DNA from: Octopus sinensis
Taxonomy: Eukaryota
Direction of reading: 5' to 3'
Assembly: GCF_006345805.1 (NCBI RefSeq)
Contig: NW_021823841.1
Coordinates: 1 to 21,076 of the forward strand
DNA length: 21,076 nt
The position numbers and the translations under genes were made by a program. Positions within the stretch are counted from its first letter, which is position 1; each line of letters opens with the position of its first letter. This document shows, one piece after another, positions 19,901 through 21,076 of this stretch. The notes under the pieces are model-generated. The model saw nothing but the letters and a program-made list of their open reading frames with translations, ran no database searches and had not been told where the DNA came from.

Positions 19901-21076
19901 TTCTCATATTCCCGCAGAGAGGGTTTTTGTCCCTATACATCGCTGGCCACGGTGCTCTGCCATTTTTCCTTTGACTGTGCACCCAAAGATTTGCCAGTGA
20001 TCAGTACGCATCAACTTCTAATTATTCCCGTTTAGTTTCATTCAACCGCTGAGTTGCTTTTGACGGAAGGTACATACAATGAGGTCTAAACCTCACGGTG
20101 TATCAAGGCCTCCGTGCGCCAATGAATCTCGTGTGTTACGAAAGCATGCAGTTCTGTCTATGCCTTTCTACTAAAAAAGAAAACAAAAATAGCTGCTGTG
20201 GAATTTCACGACGCAGTATTGAAGAAGGTACCTGATATGATTAACCAATGAGATGTTGTTCTCCGAAGACGAAATACAACAGCTGTTAGTATATTCACGT
20301 ATGAATCTACCATAACGTATTAAGCATAAATACATAGGTTATTCTACACATACACACGCACACATGTACACACCGCACACAAATACAAACACGTACGTTC
20401 ACACAAACAAATACATACATACATTCTCCGATAACTTAATCTAGTTTTAAATTCAGTTTGATTAAATTTGTGGTTTTATGTATTCTTAAATCTGGGGCCA
20501 TAGATTGTCAGTATTCCGTTGCTATTGCTGATAACCAAATCAAGAGCAGGGAGAAAGGATATAAACACAACCGATGTTTTTTAAACCGGAAATATAAATC
20601 TCTTTATCATTTATTTCTCAAGTTATTTCTTCTTTCCCTCCTGAGAAACAGGTTGCTTGTACATTTTAAATACTGATTAACAGCAAGTTTTGTTGTTTAA
20701 GGCCTTTAATTAAATAATCTTCGACGTTAAGTAGGCCTTGGAACCGAAACTTGAATTAAAATCTTAACAGAAAACACAGCTGTATTCAGCAATCAGACAA
20801 TCAACAGCAGTAACAACAACAGCAACAATAGTCTCAGCACTATGTGAACCAGATCGTCTAAGTTCACCAGCGACTACATTAAATGGTGTGTTTTATTTCT
20901 CGTGTTATTTTCAAAAGCAAGTGTGTAAAAACAGGCAGATTTCTTTGCTATATCTAGCAGGTCGAATTATCACCTGGAAACCTTTTTCATTGGGTATTCA
21001 TATCAGATAGCTTCTTCGATGTTGATTCTTGAAATTCCTTATCATGTTTTCTTAGTAAAAAGTCATAGAATTGTAT

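Noticed and set aside
20036-20227. Possible plus-strand micro-exons (FHSTAELLLTE; KTKIAAVEFHDAVLKK) with AG/GT borders; similar case near 15282-15301
   Set aside because: Such short AG...GT segments are common by chance; RNA-seq would be needed.
1-21076. CRISPR arrays, operons or other prokaryotic systems
   Set aside because: No repeat-spacer structure and no gene-dense coding; the sequence is eukaryotic repeat-rich DNA.

Overview
AT-rich animal DNA dominated by simple repeats ((TA)n, (CA)n, (TACA)n, (CAT)n, (AAT)n; very roughly a third of the window by eye) and decayed transposable elements. The repeat complement suggests non-coding DNA of a coleoid cephalopod, probably Octopus; this is inferred from recognisable repeat motifs, not from a database match. 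No host protein-coding gene is securely identifiable, and almost all listed ORFs are microsatellite read-throughs. Supported elements: several tRNA-derived SINEs; an internally deleted DD37D (maT) Tc1/mariner copy; two R4/Dong-type (restriction-like endonuclease) LINE fragments, one embedded in (AAT)n; CR1/L2-type LINE 3' fragments; a ~390 bp Helitron-like element; a ~560 bp imperfect palindrome; and a 12-13 bp CCAAT/G-run minisatellite. The most interesting signal is a set of hammerhead-ribozyme-like motifs of the Penelope-like-element (PLE) type. One has an intact core (4021-4128, minus strand). Another lies in a TSD-flanked cassette (8868-9653) that reconstructs as a tRNA-headed element with a PLE-like hammerhead tail and an inverted 5' terminal segment, i.e. 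a candidate Pol III SINE mobilised by Penelope machinery.
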